IMG/VR virus record: IMGVR_UViG_3300048060_000061
Location: 1-64,000 of that record
From: a virus
Lineage: Duplodnaviria; Caudoviricetes
Reading direction: 5' to 3' (one strand)
Length of the DNA: 64,000 nt
Below are positions 30,229 through 40,642 of this stretch, piece by piece. The notes beneath the pieces were generated by a model that made no database searches, was not told where the DNA came from, and saw nothing but the letters and a program-made list of their open reading frames with translations. The position numbers were made by a program, and so were the translations under genes. Every line of letters starts with the position of its first letter. The stretch's first letter is position 1.

Positions 30229-30939
30229 ATGAAAGATTTTGATCTTAATACTATTGAATTCATGGCAGCACGATTTAACCCAATGCTCCCGACCGGTGAT
30301 AAATTTTTGGATAGTCGCTATGATTGGCAGGCAACAGTCAACGGCGTGGCTTGGCCCTATTATCGCTTTTTTTGCCATCTCAGCGGCATGCTGCGGCCGA
30401 AGTTAATTGTTGAACTTGGCGGCTATCAAGGGACCGCAGCGGCGCATTTTGCTAAAGGTTGGTCCGATTCATTAGTGGTTACTATTGACCACCATACCGA
30501 TCCTGGTGACGAAGGGAACAAAATAAAAATGGAGGAGGCTGTAGATCGCTATTCAAATCTAATGTATGTTCAGGGTTGGACCACTCAGAATCTAGCAGAT
30601 AGTCAGGCTGGCAATCACATGTTAGGAGATGCACCAAGCGCGTTTCCGCAGGTACTAAAAGTTGAGCGGAAAATCGACATTCTCTTTATTGATAGCTGGC
30701 ATAATTATGAATATGCCAGAGAAGATTGGGAAACATATAAGATATTACTCAATAATCCTGCGCTTGTAATCTGTGATGATATCCAAGCAGGCGGCGGCCC
30801 AGAAAATCCTATCAGTGGGATGTTGCAATTTTGGAATGAATTACCAGAACCTAAATTTCTGAATAGCAACCTGCATCCTGGAACAAATTTGGGGTTTATA
30901 AAAGTATCAACGACTACCCCCAGTAGACTTGGCGAATAG
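30229..30939 (+). CDS. Class I SAM methyltransferase (Methyltransf_24-like)
   Basis: VELGGYQG, IDILFIDSWHNY, ICDD. Confidence 0.85.
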   Translation: MKDFDLNTIEFMAARFNPMLPTGDKFLDSRYDWQATVNGVAWPYYRFFCHLSGMLRPKLIVELGGYQGTAAAHFAKGWSDSLVVTIDHHTDPGDEGNKIKMEEAVDRYSNLMYVQGWTTQNLADSQAGNHMLGDAPSAFPQVLKVERKIDILFIDSWHNYEYAREDWETYKILLNNPALVICDDIQAGGGPENPISGMLQFWNELPEPKFLNSNLHPGTNLGFIKVSTTTPSRLGE

Positions 30940-31389
30940 GAGTTAAAATATAAATTGGTGTATATTTTTTGGACATACTAAAATCCTGGAAACTAATAGA
31001 GACAAAGGCCCAATTGGTTACTTTGTCTTCAGAAATCGAGTAATTTTGCCCAAAAAAATAATGACCAGAAAAGTCTGGCGTTGTAGAAGGTGTCATAAGC
31101 CTATTATCAAAGAACCTTGGATTAACGCGAAAACATAAAAGGAAATTTAATAATTTATGAAACTAGAAGAAATCGAAGCCTTAAGACAAGAATTAGTTCA
31201 GAAAATAATGGAAATCACCGGATTAACAGCGGATGATTTTGATGTTAATATAAGCTTCTCATCAGATAACGATCTAATAGTAGAGGCCCAAAAATTAGAA
31301 TGGTATAAAATTGAATACGGCGATTCTATCTGGTATACATCTATAAAACCATCTGGTGGCGAAGTTACTGTTTTCGAAGGTGATGACAA

Positions 31390-31926
31390 ATGAACTTGCC
31401 AAAATTAGCCTATCTAATTGATAAAGCAATCTATGATTATCCGCCAGCCAAGATCGTTAATATGTGTCAAAAATATTATCAACCATATTATTATCTGATG
31501 TATCTATTGGCCGGTGAAGTAGAGATAGGTGATATTGTAGAGCTTGGTGTAGCTAAAGGCTATGGAGTTTCATCGTTCGCTTACGGTAATCCCGATGTTA
31601 AAGTTGTGGGACTTGATCTTAACGTTTCTCCAATCATGACGCCGCCAAATGTGAATTTCCACTTACAGTCTGCGCTACCCGTTCCCGATTTTATTGGTGA
31701 TATTGCTATACTTCATATTGATACTGAGCATAGCTACGACAATGCTTGTAACGAATTTGGTCAGTATAAGCCTTACCTGTTACCTGGCGCAGTGGTCCTG
31801 TTTGACGATCTTCATGCAATGGATAACGGAGTATTGAGGTGTTTTTATGAGTTACCTTATACTAAAATCCAAGAGGATAAATTACATCCTGGGAATGGAT
31901 ATGGGGCTTTGATTTATAATGACTGA
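31390..31926 (+). CDS. Class I SAM methyltransferase (Methyltransf_24-like)
   Basis: VELGVAKG, LHIDTEHSY, LFDD. Confidence 0.85.
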   Translation: MNLPKLAYLIDKAIYDYPPAKIVNMCQKYYQPYYYLMYLLAGEVEIGDIVELGVAKGYGVSSFAYGNPDVKVVGLDLNVSPIMTPPNVNFHLQSALPVPDFIGDIAILHIDTEHSYDNACNEFGQYKPYLLPGAVVLFDDLHAMDNGVLRCFYELPYTKIQEDKLHPGNGYGALIYND

Positions 31927-32492
31927 AAAAATCAAAACAATAACAGATAATGAAGTATCAACTTGGCAAGATAAGGCTGAATGGCTGAGAATACATGGCT
32001 ATTTTTTGTCCATTGATGCTCTTGATACCGCTGATATAGATGGAAATAAGTGGATGGCTGCCATAGAAGGCCAAGGGCGGCGATACACTTCGACTATTGA
32101 AGAAGCAGTAGAACAAGTGTACGAGTGGGTTATTTCTGAATATGAGGCTATTATGTCACATCAAAATTTTTTAATATGTGATTTTTGTAATATTCGTGTA
32201 AATGAAACAGAAGCAGATTCTTGGTTATCAGTCAAATATTTAGGTAATGGAACATATATGCCGAACTTTAATAGTATAACACCCTTTTCGCCACCTGGAG
32301 ACTATTGTTCTATTTTATGTCTGAGAAATCATTTAACAAGAGCAGAGAAAGCAGAGAAAGCAGAGAAAAAAGAGGGAGGGTAAAAATTATATTTATACGG
32401 CATTCGATGACTTGCATGCGATAGACAATGGAGTATTGAGGTGTTTTTATGAGTTGCCTTTGGGAGGGTTCGTTTGCTAAAGGAGTTTAAAA

Positions 32493-32660
32493 ATGACTAA
32501 AACACAAATAATGAAATGTACTTGCAAGCATAAGTACCAAGATAGTCAATATAGTTCAGGAAAACGAGTTCATAATTATGGACTCAAGGCACATCAAGGT
32601 TATCCGGGATGGCGTTGTACTGTCTGCTCTGATACAAAGAAAGCGGGAGTTAAAGAATAG
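32493..32660 (+). CDS. Small Zn-binding phage protein (55 aa, not in ORF track)
   Basis: AAGGAG RBS; CTCKHKYQD...GKRVHN...WRCTVC. Confidence 0.65.
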   Translation: MTKTQIMKCTCKHKYQDSQYSSGKRVHNYGLKAHQGYPGWRCTVCSDTKKAGVKE

Positions 32661-32916
32661 ATTACATATATGGAGAAACCATTCATTTTATTTTCAGGAC
32701 AAACTTATTATTCAGTTCCGGGTTGGTATGGATATGTCGGCGATTTCAAAACGTTAGAAGAAGCAATAGAAACTGGGAATTGGATAATAAATGACGATCC
32801 GCTTGCATGGTGGCAAGTGGTAGATTTTGATCAAAAAATTATCGTTGCGGGTAAAGGAGTAGCGCACACAGGACTGTTTGGTGAAATATCAGTAGGGCCT
32901 TTAGGAAAAGAGAAAA

Positions 32917-33501
32917 ATGAATGAACAAACCCTAACCCGTATCGCAAAGCAAGCCGCCCTTGTCGGGCCAATGGTAGATCATTATCCTGATCCAAGCAAC
33001 CCGAAAGTAACGTTCCCTCCATCTCCCTATTATCGTTTTTTGATGTTACTTGCTAAGGAAATAAATTCAAGACTATCAGTGGAGCTCGGGTTATGTGGTG
33101 GTGGTGGCTCACTCCATTTAGCTATGAGTAGTGCCGTAGTAATTGGGGTTGATATAGCATTGGATTATGAGGATAATATAAGATGGATCAAGAGAAATTA
33201 TTCTAATTTCAACTTCTTGCACGGTGACAGCGTGGACGTTGCGTTAATGATTTACAGTAAATTTGGGGAAGTGGATATACTATTTATTGACACGACGCAT
33301 ACATACAGTCGGACTATGGCTGAATATAATGCCTACTTACCATATTTAAGCGATAGTGCAATTGTATGCTTAGACGACCTGTTTAGACCCGGGATGGATA
33401 AAGCATGGGCCGAGATGCCAGATACTAAGGCGCGATTTGATTTCTTGCATCCGTCGGCAAGTCCTACTGATGGCGGATTTGGAGTGATATGGAAGAAATA
33501 A
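32917..33501 (+). CDS. Class I SAM methyltransferase (Methyltransf_24-like)
   Basis: VELGLCGGGGS, VDILFIDTTHTY, CLDD. Confidence 0.85.
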   Translation: MNEQTLTRIAKQAALVGPMVDHYPDPSNPKVTFPPSPYYRFLMLLAKEINSRLSVELGLCGGGGSLHLAMSSAVVIGVDIALDYEDNIRWIKRNYSNFNFLHGDSVDVALMIYSKFGEVDILFIDTTHTYSRTMAEYNAYLPYLSDSAIVCLDDLFRPGMDKAWAEMPDTKARFDFLHPSASPTDGGFGVIWKK

Positions 33502-34010
33502 GCCCAAAAAGGTTTGACTGGTTTTTCGAAAAACATTTCGGTATCGGTATCAGATGGGATAATTGGCTTTATCCTATCCATTTATCTATCGCGTTGCCAT
33601 TCGTGACTTTCACTTTGGGGATCGGGAAGTTTAGAGAAAGCGATGAGGCCCTACCAATAAGCATAACGGACCAACCCTGTGTATGTCCCAAGTGCGATTG
33701 GATCGGGATTGTTTGGGACTGTGAAGGTGATGTAGATGGTGATGGTAGTCTGGGCTGCCCAGAATGTTCAACGGCAGTTGTAATATGAATAATGACTTGT
33801 TTCCATCAGGGTCGGGACTAATATTAGGATGCCAAGCAGCATTAGTAATTATTCCAGTTTCAGCATTATTGATCTGTATCGGTATTTTCATTAGTTGGCT
33901 ACTATGGGCTTAGATTTTGTGTTTCTTGATACTATAGGTCGTCCATACTATTGCAGAAAATGGGGTAATGAATTATGGTTATTTTATTGGCATAAAAAGC
34001 AGGATTGCAG

Positions 34011-34961
34011 ATGAAGTTATTAAGAAAGCAAAGTATACTAAATGGCGAATGTATGAATCTGGCGAACGCCAACTTTTGTGGGGCCGATCTGCGTAACGCC
34101 AACCTTCGTGGGGCCGACCTGAGCGATGCCAAACTAAACAACGCCGACCTGACGAATGCCCACCTGAACAGGGCCAACTTGTTCAAGGCCGACCTGAGCG
34201 GGGCCAAACTGCGTGGGGCCAAACTGTACGATGCCAACCTGTGCAGGGCAAACCTGCGCGAGGCTGGCCTGACATATGTCAAGCTCAATAGGGCTAACTT
34301 GTGCCAGGCCGACCTGTACAGGGTTAACCTGTGTGACGCCGATCTAAGTGGGGCCGACCTGAGTGGGGCCGACCTACGTGACGCCGACCTGCGCAGGGCA
34401 AACCTGAGCGATGTCCAACTGATCAGGGCCAAACTGCACTTGGCCAACCTAATGAACGCCAAGCTGAACGGAGCTGATCTGAGTTGGACCGACCTGCGTT
34501 GGGCCGACCTACACGGAGCCGACCTACACAGGGCCGCCCTGCGCGACGCCAATCTGAATGGAGCCGACCTGCGTAGGGCCAAACTGCGTAGGGCCAACCT
34601 GTACAAGGCCAACCTGTACAAGGCCAACCTGTACAAGGCCGACCTGAGTAATGTCGACCTGCGCGAGGCCAACCTAAGTGGGGCCGACCTGTACAAGGTA
34701 AATCTGAGCGGGGCCAATCTGAACGGGGCCGACCTTAGCTTTGCAACCATCGAAAATTGCAAAGGAATAAAGGTTCTATTAAAGGATCCCCGTCGCAAAG
34801 AAGGTTACATCCTGATTAGATGGTATAAAGATGGGCAAGATTGGTATAATAGCGGTTGCCGATCATTCAAGAAATCTGTTGCCCTCGACCATTGGGGTGG
34901 GAGTAATTATGCCTGCCCCCCACGCGGGCAACTGTACGTCGATGCCATTTTAGGGAACTAA
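34011..34961 (+). CDS. Pentapeptide-repeat protein with conserved C-terminal domain
   Basis: Tandem A(D/N)Lxx repeats followed by YILIRWYKDGQDWYNSGCRSF. Confidence 0.92.
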   Translation: MKLLRKQSILNGECMNLANANFCGADLRNANLRGADLSDAKLNNADLTNAHLNRANLFKADLSGAKLRGAKLYDANLCRANLREAGLTYVKLNRANLCQADLYRVNLCDADLSGADLSGADLRDADLRRANLSDVQLIRAKLHLANLMNAKLNGADLSWTDLRWADLHGADLHRAALRDANLNGADLRRAKLRRANLYKANLYKANLYKADLSNVDLREANLSGADLYKVNLSGANLNGADLSFATIENCKGIKVLLKDPRRKEGYILIRWYKDGQDWYNSGCRSFKKSVALDHWGGSNYACPPRGQLYVDAILGN

Positions 34962-34986
34962 AGAAAATACTATAAAGGACTAACCA

Positions 34987-35517
34987 ATGAATACAGAGCA
35001 AAAGCAAAATCTGAGCAGGGCCAACCTAATGAACGCCAATCTGAACGGAGCTGATCTGAGTTGGACCGACCTGCGCTGGGCCGACCTACACGGGGCCGAC
35101 CTACACGGGGCCGACCTGCGCGAGGCCAACCTGAGTGGGGCCGACCTGCGTTGGGCCAAACTGTATAAGGCCAAACTGTACTGGGCTAACCTGCGCGGGG
35201 CCGACCTGCACGGGGCCGACCTGACCGACGCCAGCTTATGGGGAGCCAACCTGACCGACACCGACCTGACCGACACCGACCTGACCGACACCGACTTTAG
35301 CTTTGCAACAATCGAAAATTGCAAAGGGATAGAGGTTTTATTGCATGATCCCCGCGAGGGGAAAGGTTACATTCTTATTAGATGGTATAAAGATGGGCAA
35401 GATTGGTATAATAGCGGTTGCCGATCATTCAAGAAATCTGTTGCCCTCGACCATTGGGGTGGGAGTAATTATGCCTGCCCCCCACGCGGGCAACTGTATG
35501 TCAATGCCATTTGGTAG
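34987..35517 (+). CDS. Pentapeptide-repeat protein
   Basis: MNTEQKQNL start, A(D/N)Lxx repeats, same C-terminal domain. Confidence 0.92.
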   Translation: MNTEQKQNLSRANLMNANLNGADLSWTDLRWADLHGADLHGADLREANLSGADLRWAKLYKAKLYWANLRGADLHGADLTDASLWGANLTDTDLTDTDLTDTDFSFATIENCKGIEVLLHDPREGKGYILIRWYKDGQDWYNSGCRSFKKSVALDHWGGSNYACPPRGQLYVNAIW

Positions 35518-36062
35518 TTGAAGTAACAGCATGACTGAGGTAATACAAATGTCAATATTTGAAGGTTGGACAACTGATCATTATGCCAATCCGAACGAAG
35601 GAACAATTTCACCCTCACTTTTTTATCGTTTTCTTAGGCTAACAGAATCAATTGCTTATCGGTTTAAAATTTGGGGAGGTATATTAGGACCAAGGAGTAG
35701 CAGGGGGAAATATCCATATCCTTGGAAATTATATGATCCCTGGGAAGAATGGATTTGCCCAAGAATTCTTGATGCAGATGATAATATTCTATTATTTGTA
35801 AAACGAAAGGATATTAATCTATTGAAAGATTTTATTCATAGCATTAACGTGGCAAATCAATCTTGGGAGCTTTGGTATCACGACTGGAATTATGGTAAAA
35901 ATCCTGTTCTATGGTGTCTTAGAACTACACTAATCAAATTAGATGATATGGGAATGATCCGGTTGAAAATTGGACAGAGATATACTTTTAGCAGTCTACT
36001 TGCATTTAATGATTAAGATAAAAATGGCCCTGTTGATAATGGCTATAAGAGGTTTATGATAA

Positions 36063-37934
36063 TTGGATATTAGCATTGTTAGTGGTACTTTTAATAGAAT
36101 AAATTTTCTCCAACAAATGGTATCATCAGTCCGCACTTCTATAGCTCCCCCCGATACGCATGGCCTATCTTATGAGATCGTTTTGGTTGACGGCGGCTCC
36201 ACCGATGGTACTATTGAATGGTGCAAGGCGCAGCCTAATATCAAACTAATCGAACATGGCAAACTATTAGGCGGCGTCAAAGCATTTAATGACGGAGCCT
36301 ATGCAGCCACGGGTAAATACGTCATCATGGGTAATGATGACATAGAATTTGTTGGCGATTCTATCTTCATAGCCTACCTCTATATGGAGCTACATCCAGA
36401 GTGCGGTGGTGGATGTTTTAATCAGGATAGGGAACGAACACATATGGACTGGAATGATCCTAATCGTTGGTATGTATCGGATATGCCGGCTGTTACGAAG
36501 CACAAACAGCAGATACACGTTCCGTATGCTCAAGTCGGAATTTTCCATAAGTGGCTCGGGGACCAGGTAGGCTGGTGGTGTAAAGATGATAATTTTGCCA
36601 GGAATTTAACATCTGCGGATTATAGACAAATAAACGATGGAAGGATAGGGCTACATACCTATGGCGGCGACAATGAATTATCAGCATGCATTATTGATCT
36701 TGGATACAAAATAAGTCCTATCCCTGGTGCAAAAATTACAGATAAAGAAGCTGAGGATGATTTACGAAAAATCAATAATATTGATGGTGGCCACGATCCA
36801 AAAAGCGTGCGGGGTCATCATCCAGATAGCTGGAAATGGGGTAAACGGTGGTTTCGCCGCAACGCTAAATTAGGTTTTCGCGATTTGGCAGGTCCTATTA
36901 TTAAGGATAAAATTATGCTATCTAATCCTAATCCGCCAATAAAAAAAGAGAGGGTATTATACCTTCCATTATTTGAGCAAGGATGGGCAATTCAGAAGGC
37001 ACAAAAGAGCGGCCTTCGAGATGCGCTGGCCAAGATCGCTACGGTTATTGAATATGATTATATGCAACAGTTTGCATCTATCGGTAAGGGTCGAATGATG
37101 CAAGAGCTATATGATATATGCGATCAATTTAAGCCAACAATCTTTCTATCTCAACTTCATAACGCAGATCAGATTAACTCAGGTGACTTGAATAATATTA
37201 AAGCCAGGTGCGATAGTGCTACAAAATTTGCCAACTGGAATGGAGACTATTGGCCAAAGCAACTTCTTAGAGAAGATGGGCTCGACTTGGCAAGATTTTT
37301 TAATCTGGCGACCGTCGTTAATCGAGATATAGTAGAAGAACATCAAAAACGAGGGATAAATACACAGTATTGGCAAATCGGCTGGGAGCCAGAAGGAAGG
37401 GGCTATGAGCCGGAAGTTTATCACGATGTTGTTTTTCTAGCGTCTGGATACTCTCCCTCACGACAAAAATTAGGTCACTTTTTAAGTGATCAAAATTTCA
37501 ACCTTGGGCTTTATGGTTCAGGATGGCCCGAGGGAATGAGTAAAGGCGAAAATCTTTACAATTTCAAAGAAGCATGTAAAATTTACAGAGGAGCGAAGAT
37601 TGCAATAGGTGATAGCCAGTGGCCTGACAGCGGATTTGTTTCCAATCGTATAATGCAAATTTTAGCCGCTGGCGGCTGCGTGCTACTCCACCAATGGTTC
37701 AGGGGGATGGAGTTACTAGGGCTTGAAAATGGCAAAAATTGCGGTATCTGGACACATATCAATGAATTACCTGGCGAGATTTCTTGGTACTTGAATAATG
37801 AAGACGAAAGGCGAAAAATTGCAGCAGCAGGTGAGAAACTTGCATTAGATCGACACAGTTTTGACAGCCGGGTTGTAGAACTGTGGGAGATGTTGAATGT
37901 TAATAATGTTGAAAATGAGATATGGCGATGGTGA
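36063..37934 (+). CDS. Two-domain glycosyltransferase (GT2 + CgeB-like GT-B)
   Basis: ISIV...LVDGGSTDGT...NDDIE; C-terminal SNRIMQILAAGG, RRKIAAAG..HSFDSRV. Confidence 0.85.
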   Translation: MDISIVSGTFNRINFLQQMVSSVRTSIAPPDTHGLSYEIVLVDGGSTDGTIEWCKAQPNIKLIEHGKLLGGVKAFNDGAYAATGKYVIMGNDDIEFVGDSIFIAYLYMELHPECGGGCFNQDRERTHMDWNDPNRWYVSDMPAVTKHKQQIHVPYAQVGIFHKWLGDQVGWWCKDDNFARNLTSADYRQINDGRIGLHTYGGDNELSACIIDLGYKISPIPGAKITDKEAEDDLRKINNIDGGHDPKSVRGHHPDSWKWGKRWFRRNAKLGFRDLAGPIIKDKIMLSNPNPPIKKERVLYLPLFEQGWAIQKAQKSGLRDALAKIATVIEYDYMQQFASIGKGRMMQELYDICDQFKPTIFLSQLHNADQINSGDLNNIKARCDSATKFANWNGDYWPKQLLREDGLDLARFFNLATVVNRDIVEEHQKRGINTQYWQIGWEPEGRGYEPEVYHDVVFLASGYSPSRQKLGHFLSDQNFNLGLYGSGWPEGMSKGENLYNFKEACKIYRGAKIAIGDSQWPDSGFVSNRIMQILAAGGCVLLHQWFRGMELLGLENGKNCGIWTHINELPGEISWYLNNEDERRKIAAAGEKLALDRHSFDSRVVELWEMLNVNNVENEIWRW

Positions 37935-37940
37935 AAATAT

Positions 37941-39476
37941 ATGCCAAAAATAAGTGTGATTACGCCGGTCTATTGTGATACGGTTGAGAAAACCGATTGG
38001 TTACTTGAAACTATACAATCGGTAAGATCGCAATCGACAAAAGACTGGGAACAGATTTTAATTGATGATAAAAGTCCGGTTCATCCTGCTGAAGCAAGAT
38101 TCAAATATGCCGATGACCCACGAATTAGATGGTTTGATAATGCCGAAAATAGTGGGCCAGCAAAAACCAGAAATACAGCAGTCACACTATCTGAGAGCGA
38201 GTGTATAATTGCCTTAGATAGTGATGATTTATTTGCCAGCCCGGATGTATTGGAAGTAATGTATGATGTTTGGTCACAAGATAAAACAAAAATTATATAT
38301 GGTAACCTTCAAATGTATACCCTTGGAGGAAATAATACTTTCCAGCGGGGGAAAACGATAGAATTAGGCCAATATACTTTTGAGCTCTGCATGAACTTGA
38401 ATGGCCTCCTGCCGGTTACAGCTATGCATTCGAAAAGTTGTCATAATGATTCAGGTGGATGGAAACCTGAATTGGTTGAAGGTCTTGAAGATGTCGAAAA
38501 ATGGATTATGGCAGGTAAACGTGGCTACTGCGGGCAAAAAATTGATATGGTAACCCTGATTTATAGGAACCACGAACAGAGCCGGGCTTATAATCTAAAA
38601 TATAAAAGCAGAAAATTCGAAGCTATGCAACAACAAATCAAAGAAATGCATAGTGATATTTTTAGTGGGAGGTTTCCTATGGCATGTTGTGGAAAGGGCG
38701 CTACTGTTGCGCCATCATCAGATCCGATAAGAATGTCTCAACAGGCGGCGCAACAGGGCATGATTATACCGCTTGATGGCTATGATGAAAAAGATTTAGA
38801 GTGGGTTCTGTATGATGGACCCAAAGTGGCCCGCTCCGCCGATGTTTTAATACATGGTCCTGCCCATCTTCCACAAAGATATCCTATAATGGGAAAAGGG
38901 CAAATTTTCCAAATCCATAAACAGCATCATAAGTATTTTGAGGAGAGGCAACGATCAGGTTTCCACATGAATCAGCCTGATCCGCGCACCAGGGAACCTG
39001 AACCTGAACCTGTCATTGTTGAAAGACCTCCTGAAATTACAGAAGTCCCACCCCCAGAACTCAGTACCATATTACGGCTGGATTCTGTTGCGGCGAAAAG
39101 CCACACAGCAGATATACAACAGATGCCTGAAGGTTTTGAACCGCCTAAGCTGGAGCCTATTCCATCCATAATAGAAATCGAAGAAGATCATCTTCCAGAC
39201 TCAGATCAACCAGATTTTGCTCAGGCTGAACAGGATTATTTGGATAGAATGGAAAAAGCTGAAGCGTCCAGGATAGATAGAGAAACCAAGTTCGTATTGT
39301 CTCAATTGGAATTATCTCCCAGGATACACGAACTTTTAGCGAATGATAACATTCGACTTTGGACCGTCGAACGTTTAGCACGTGCGGAGCCTGAAACGTT
39401 AACAGGTTATTCAGGTATAGGAATAAAAACAGCAAATACTATTATTGCCAAAGCACAAAAATTAGTAGGTGAGTAA
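37941..39476 (+). CDS. GT2 glycosyltransferase fused to Pro-rich region and C-terminal helix-hairpin-helix
   Basis: ISVITPVY, IDDKS, GPAKTRN, LDSDD, ED; C-terminal YSGIGIKTANTII. Confidence 0.85.
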   Translation: MPKISVITPVYCDTVEKTDWLLETIQSVRSQSTKDWEQILIDDKSPVHPAEARFKYADDPRIRWFDNAENSGPAKTRNTAVTLSESECIIALDSDDLFASPDVLEVMYDVWSQDKTKIIYGNLQMYTLGGNNTFQRGKTIELGQYTFELCMNLNGLLPVTAMHSKSCHNDSGGWKPELVEGLEDVEKWIMAGKRGYCGQKIDMVTLIYRNHEQSRAYNLKYKSRKFEAMQQQIKEMHSDIFSGRFPMACCGKGATVAPSSDPIRMSQQAAQQGMIIPLDGYDEKDLEWVLYDGPKVARSADVLIHGPAHLPQRYPIMGKGQIFQIHKQHHKYFEERQRSGFHMNQPDPRTREPEPEPVIVERPPEITEVPPPELSTILRLDSVAAKSHTADIQQMPEGFEPPKLEPIPSIIEIEEDHLPDSDQPDFAQAEQDYLDRMEKAEASRIDRETKFVLSQLELSPRIHELLANDNIRLWTVERLARAEPETLTGYSGIGIKTANTIIAKAQKLVGE

Positions 39477-39495
39477 TTGGTATTTCAGAAAAATA

Positions 39496-39534
39496 AAAAG
39501 CCCCCTTCTTCTGGATTGAAGCAGGGGGCTTTTT
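39496..39534. terminator. Bidirectional terminator
   Basis: AAAAGCCCCCT...AGGGGGCTTTTT between converging genes. Confidence 0.8.
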
Positions 39535-39832
39535 GAATATATTATCTGCCAGCCGGACCAGACCAGTAGTTGCCTTGCAGACTACCTACCTTGTTCGTTC
39601 TGATTTCATGACATTCATAGTCTGGGGTGATTTGGTTCATCATTACTTCTTCGCCAATTAATTTCCCGTTTAAAGCATCAGTTATAAATCTTGCTGTTTC
39701 TTGATCTTCTATACCAGATGCTATAACTTTTTCGATTGGCCTATTGTCTATTCTAACAAAGATAAAGATACCAATTTTCATTTTTCACAGCACAGAACAC
39801 AGTTGATTTTTCGAGATATTTTACTGTCTGTT

Positions 39833-40396
39833 TCATAATGATTTCTCCAATCTCTCTATCGCATCGACATACAGTTGCCCGCGTGGGGGGCAGGCATAAT
39901 CACTGCCGCCCCAATGGTCGAGGGCATCAAATTTCTTGAACGATCGGCAACCGCTATTATACCAATCTTGCCCATCTTTATACCATCTAATAAGAATGTA
40001 ACCATCCTCGCGACGGGGATCCTTTAATAGAACCTCTATCCCTTTGCAATTTTCGATTGTTGCAAAATTAAGTTTGGCGTCGCGCAGGTTGGCCCCAATC
40101 AGATTGGCGTCGCTCAGGTTGGCCCAGCGCAGGTTGGCCCCGTTCAGGTTGGCCCCGCTCAGGTCGGCCCCGCTCAGGTCGGCCCCGCGCAGGTCGGCCC
40201 CAATCAGCTTGGCCCCGCGCAGGTCGGCTCCAATTAGCTTGGCCCCGCGCAGGTTGGCCTCGCGCAGGTCGGCCCCGCTCAGATTAGTGTTCGTCAAGTT
40301 AGCCCTGCTCAGGTTAGCGTCACGCAGATCGGCGGCGCGCAGGTCGCCGCCGGTCAGGTTGGCCCTACTCAGATTTTGCTTTTGCTCTGTATTCAT
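39833..40396 (-). CDS. Pentapeptide-repeat protein
   Basis: Same N- and C-terminal constant regions as 34987, different repeat tract. Confidence 0.92.
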   Translation of the reverse strand: MNTEQKQNLSRANLTGGDLRAADLRDANLSRANLTNTNLSGADLREANLRGAKLIGADLRGAKLIGADLRGADLSGADLSGANLNGANLRWANLSDANLIGANLRDAKLNFATIENCKGIEVLLKDPRREDGYILIRWYKDGQDWYNSGCRSFKKFDALDHWGGSDYACPPRGQLYVDAIERLEKSL

Positions 40397-40527
40397 TGGT
40401 TAGTCCTTTCTCGCTAGTTAAATTACTCAGTCTTAAATACAAGTATAACCGATTTTAACTAATTTCAATAATTTAAGGTAGTATTCTAATTTGTTCTATC
40501 TATCTCTTGCCTTAAGCCTTTGAAAAA

Positions 40528-40632
40528 TTGATAAACGTTCCATAATTCGCTATAATGTAAGAAACACATAAGCCCGGCGCAAGCCTCGCGTACATCAGGT
40601 TCGGAAACTCACCTTTACGGTGAGTTTTTTTT
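40528..40632 (+). promoter_or_regulatory. Structural-operon promoter + structured leader + terminator, copy A
   Basis: TTGATA-17-TATAAT; AGCCCGGCGCAAGCCTCGC..CATCAGGTTCGG; AAACTCACC-loop-GGTGAGTTTTTTT. Confidence 0.75.
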
Positions 40633-40642
40633 GTGAGAACCT

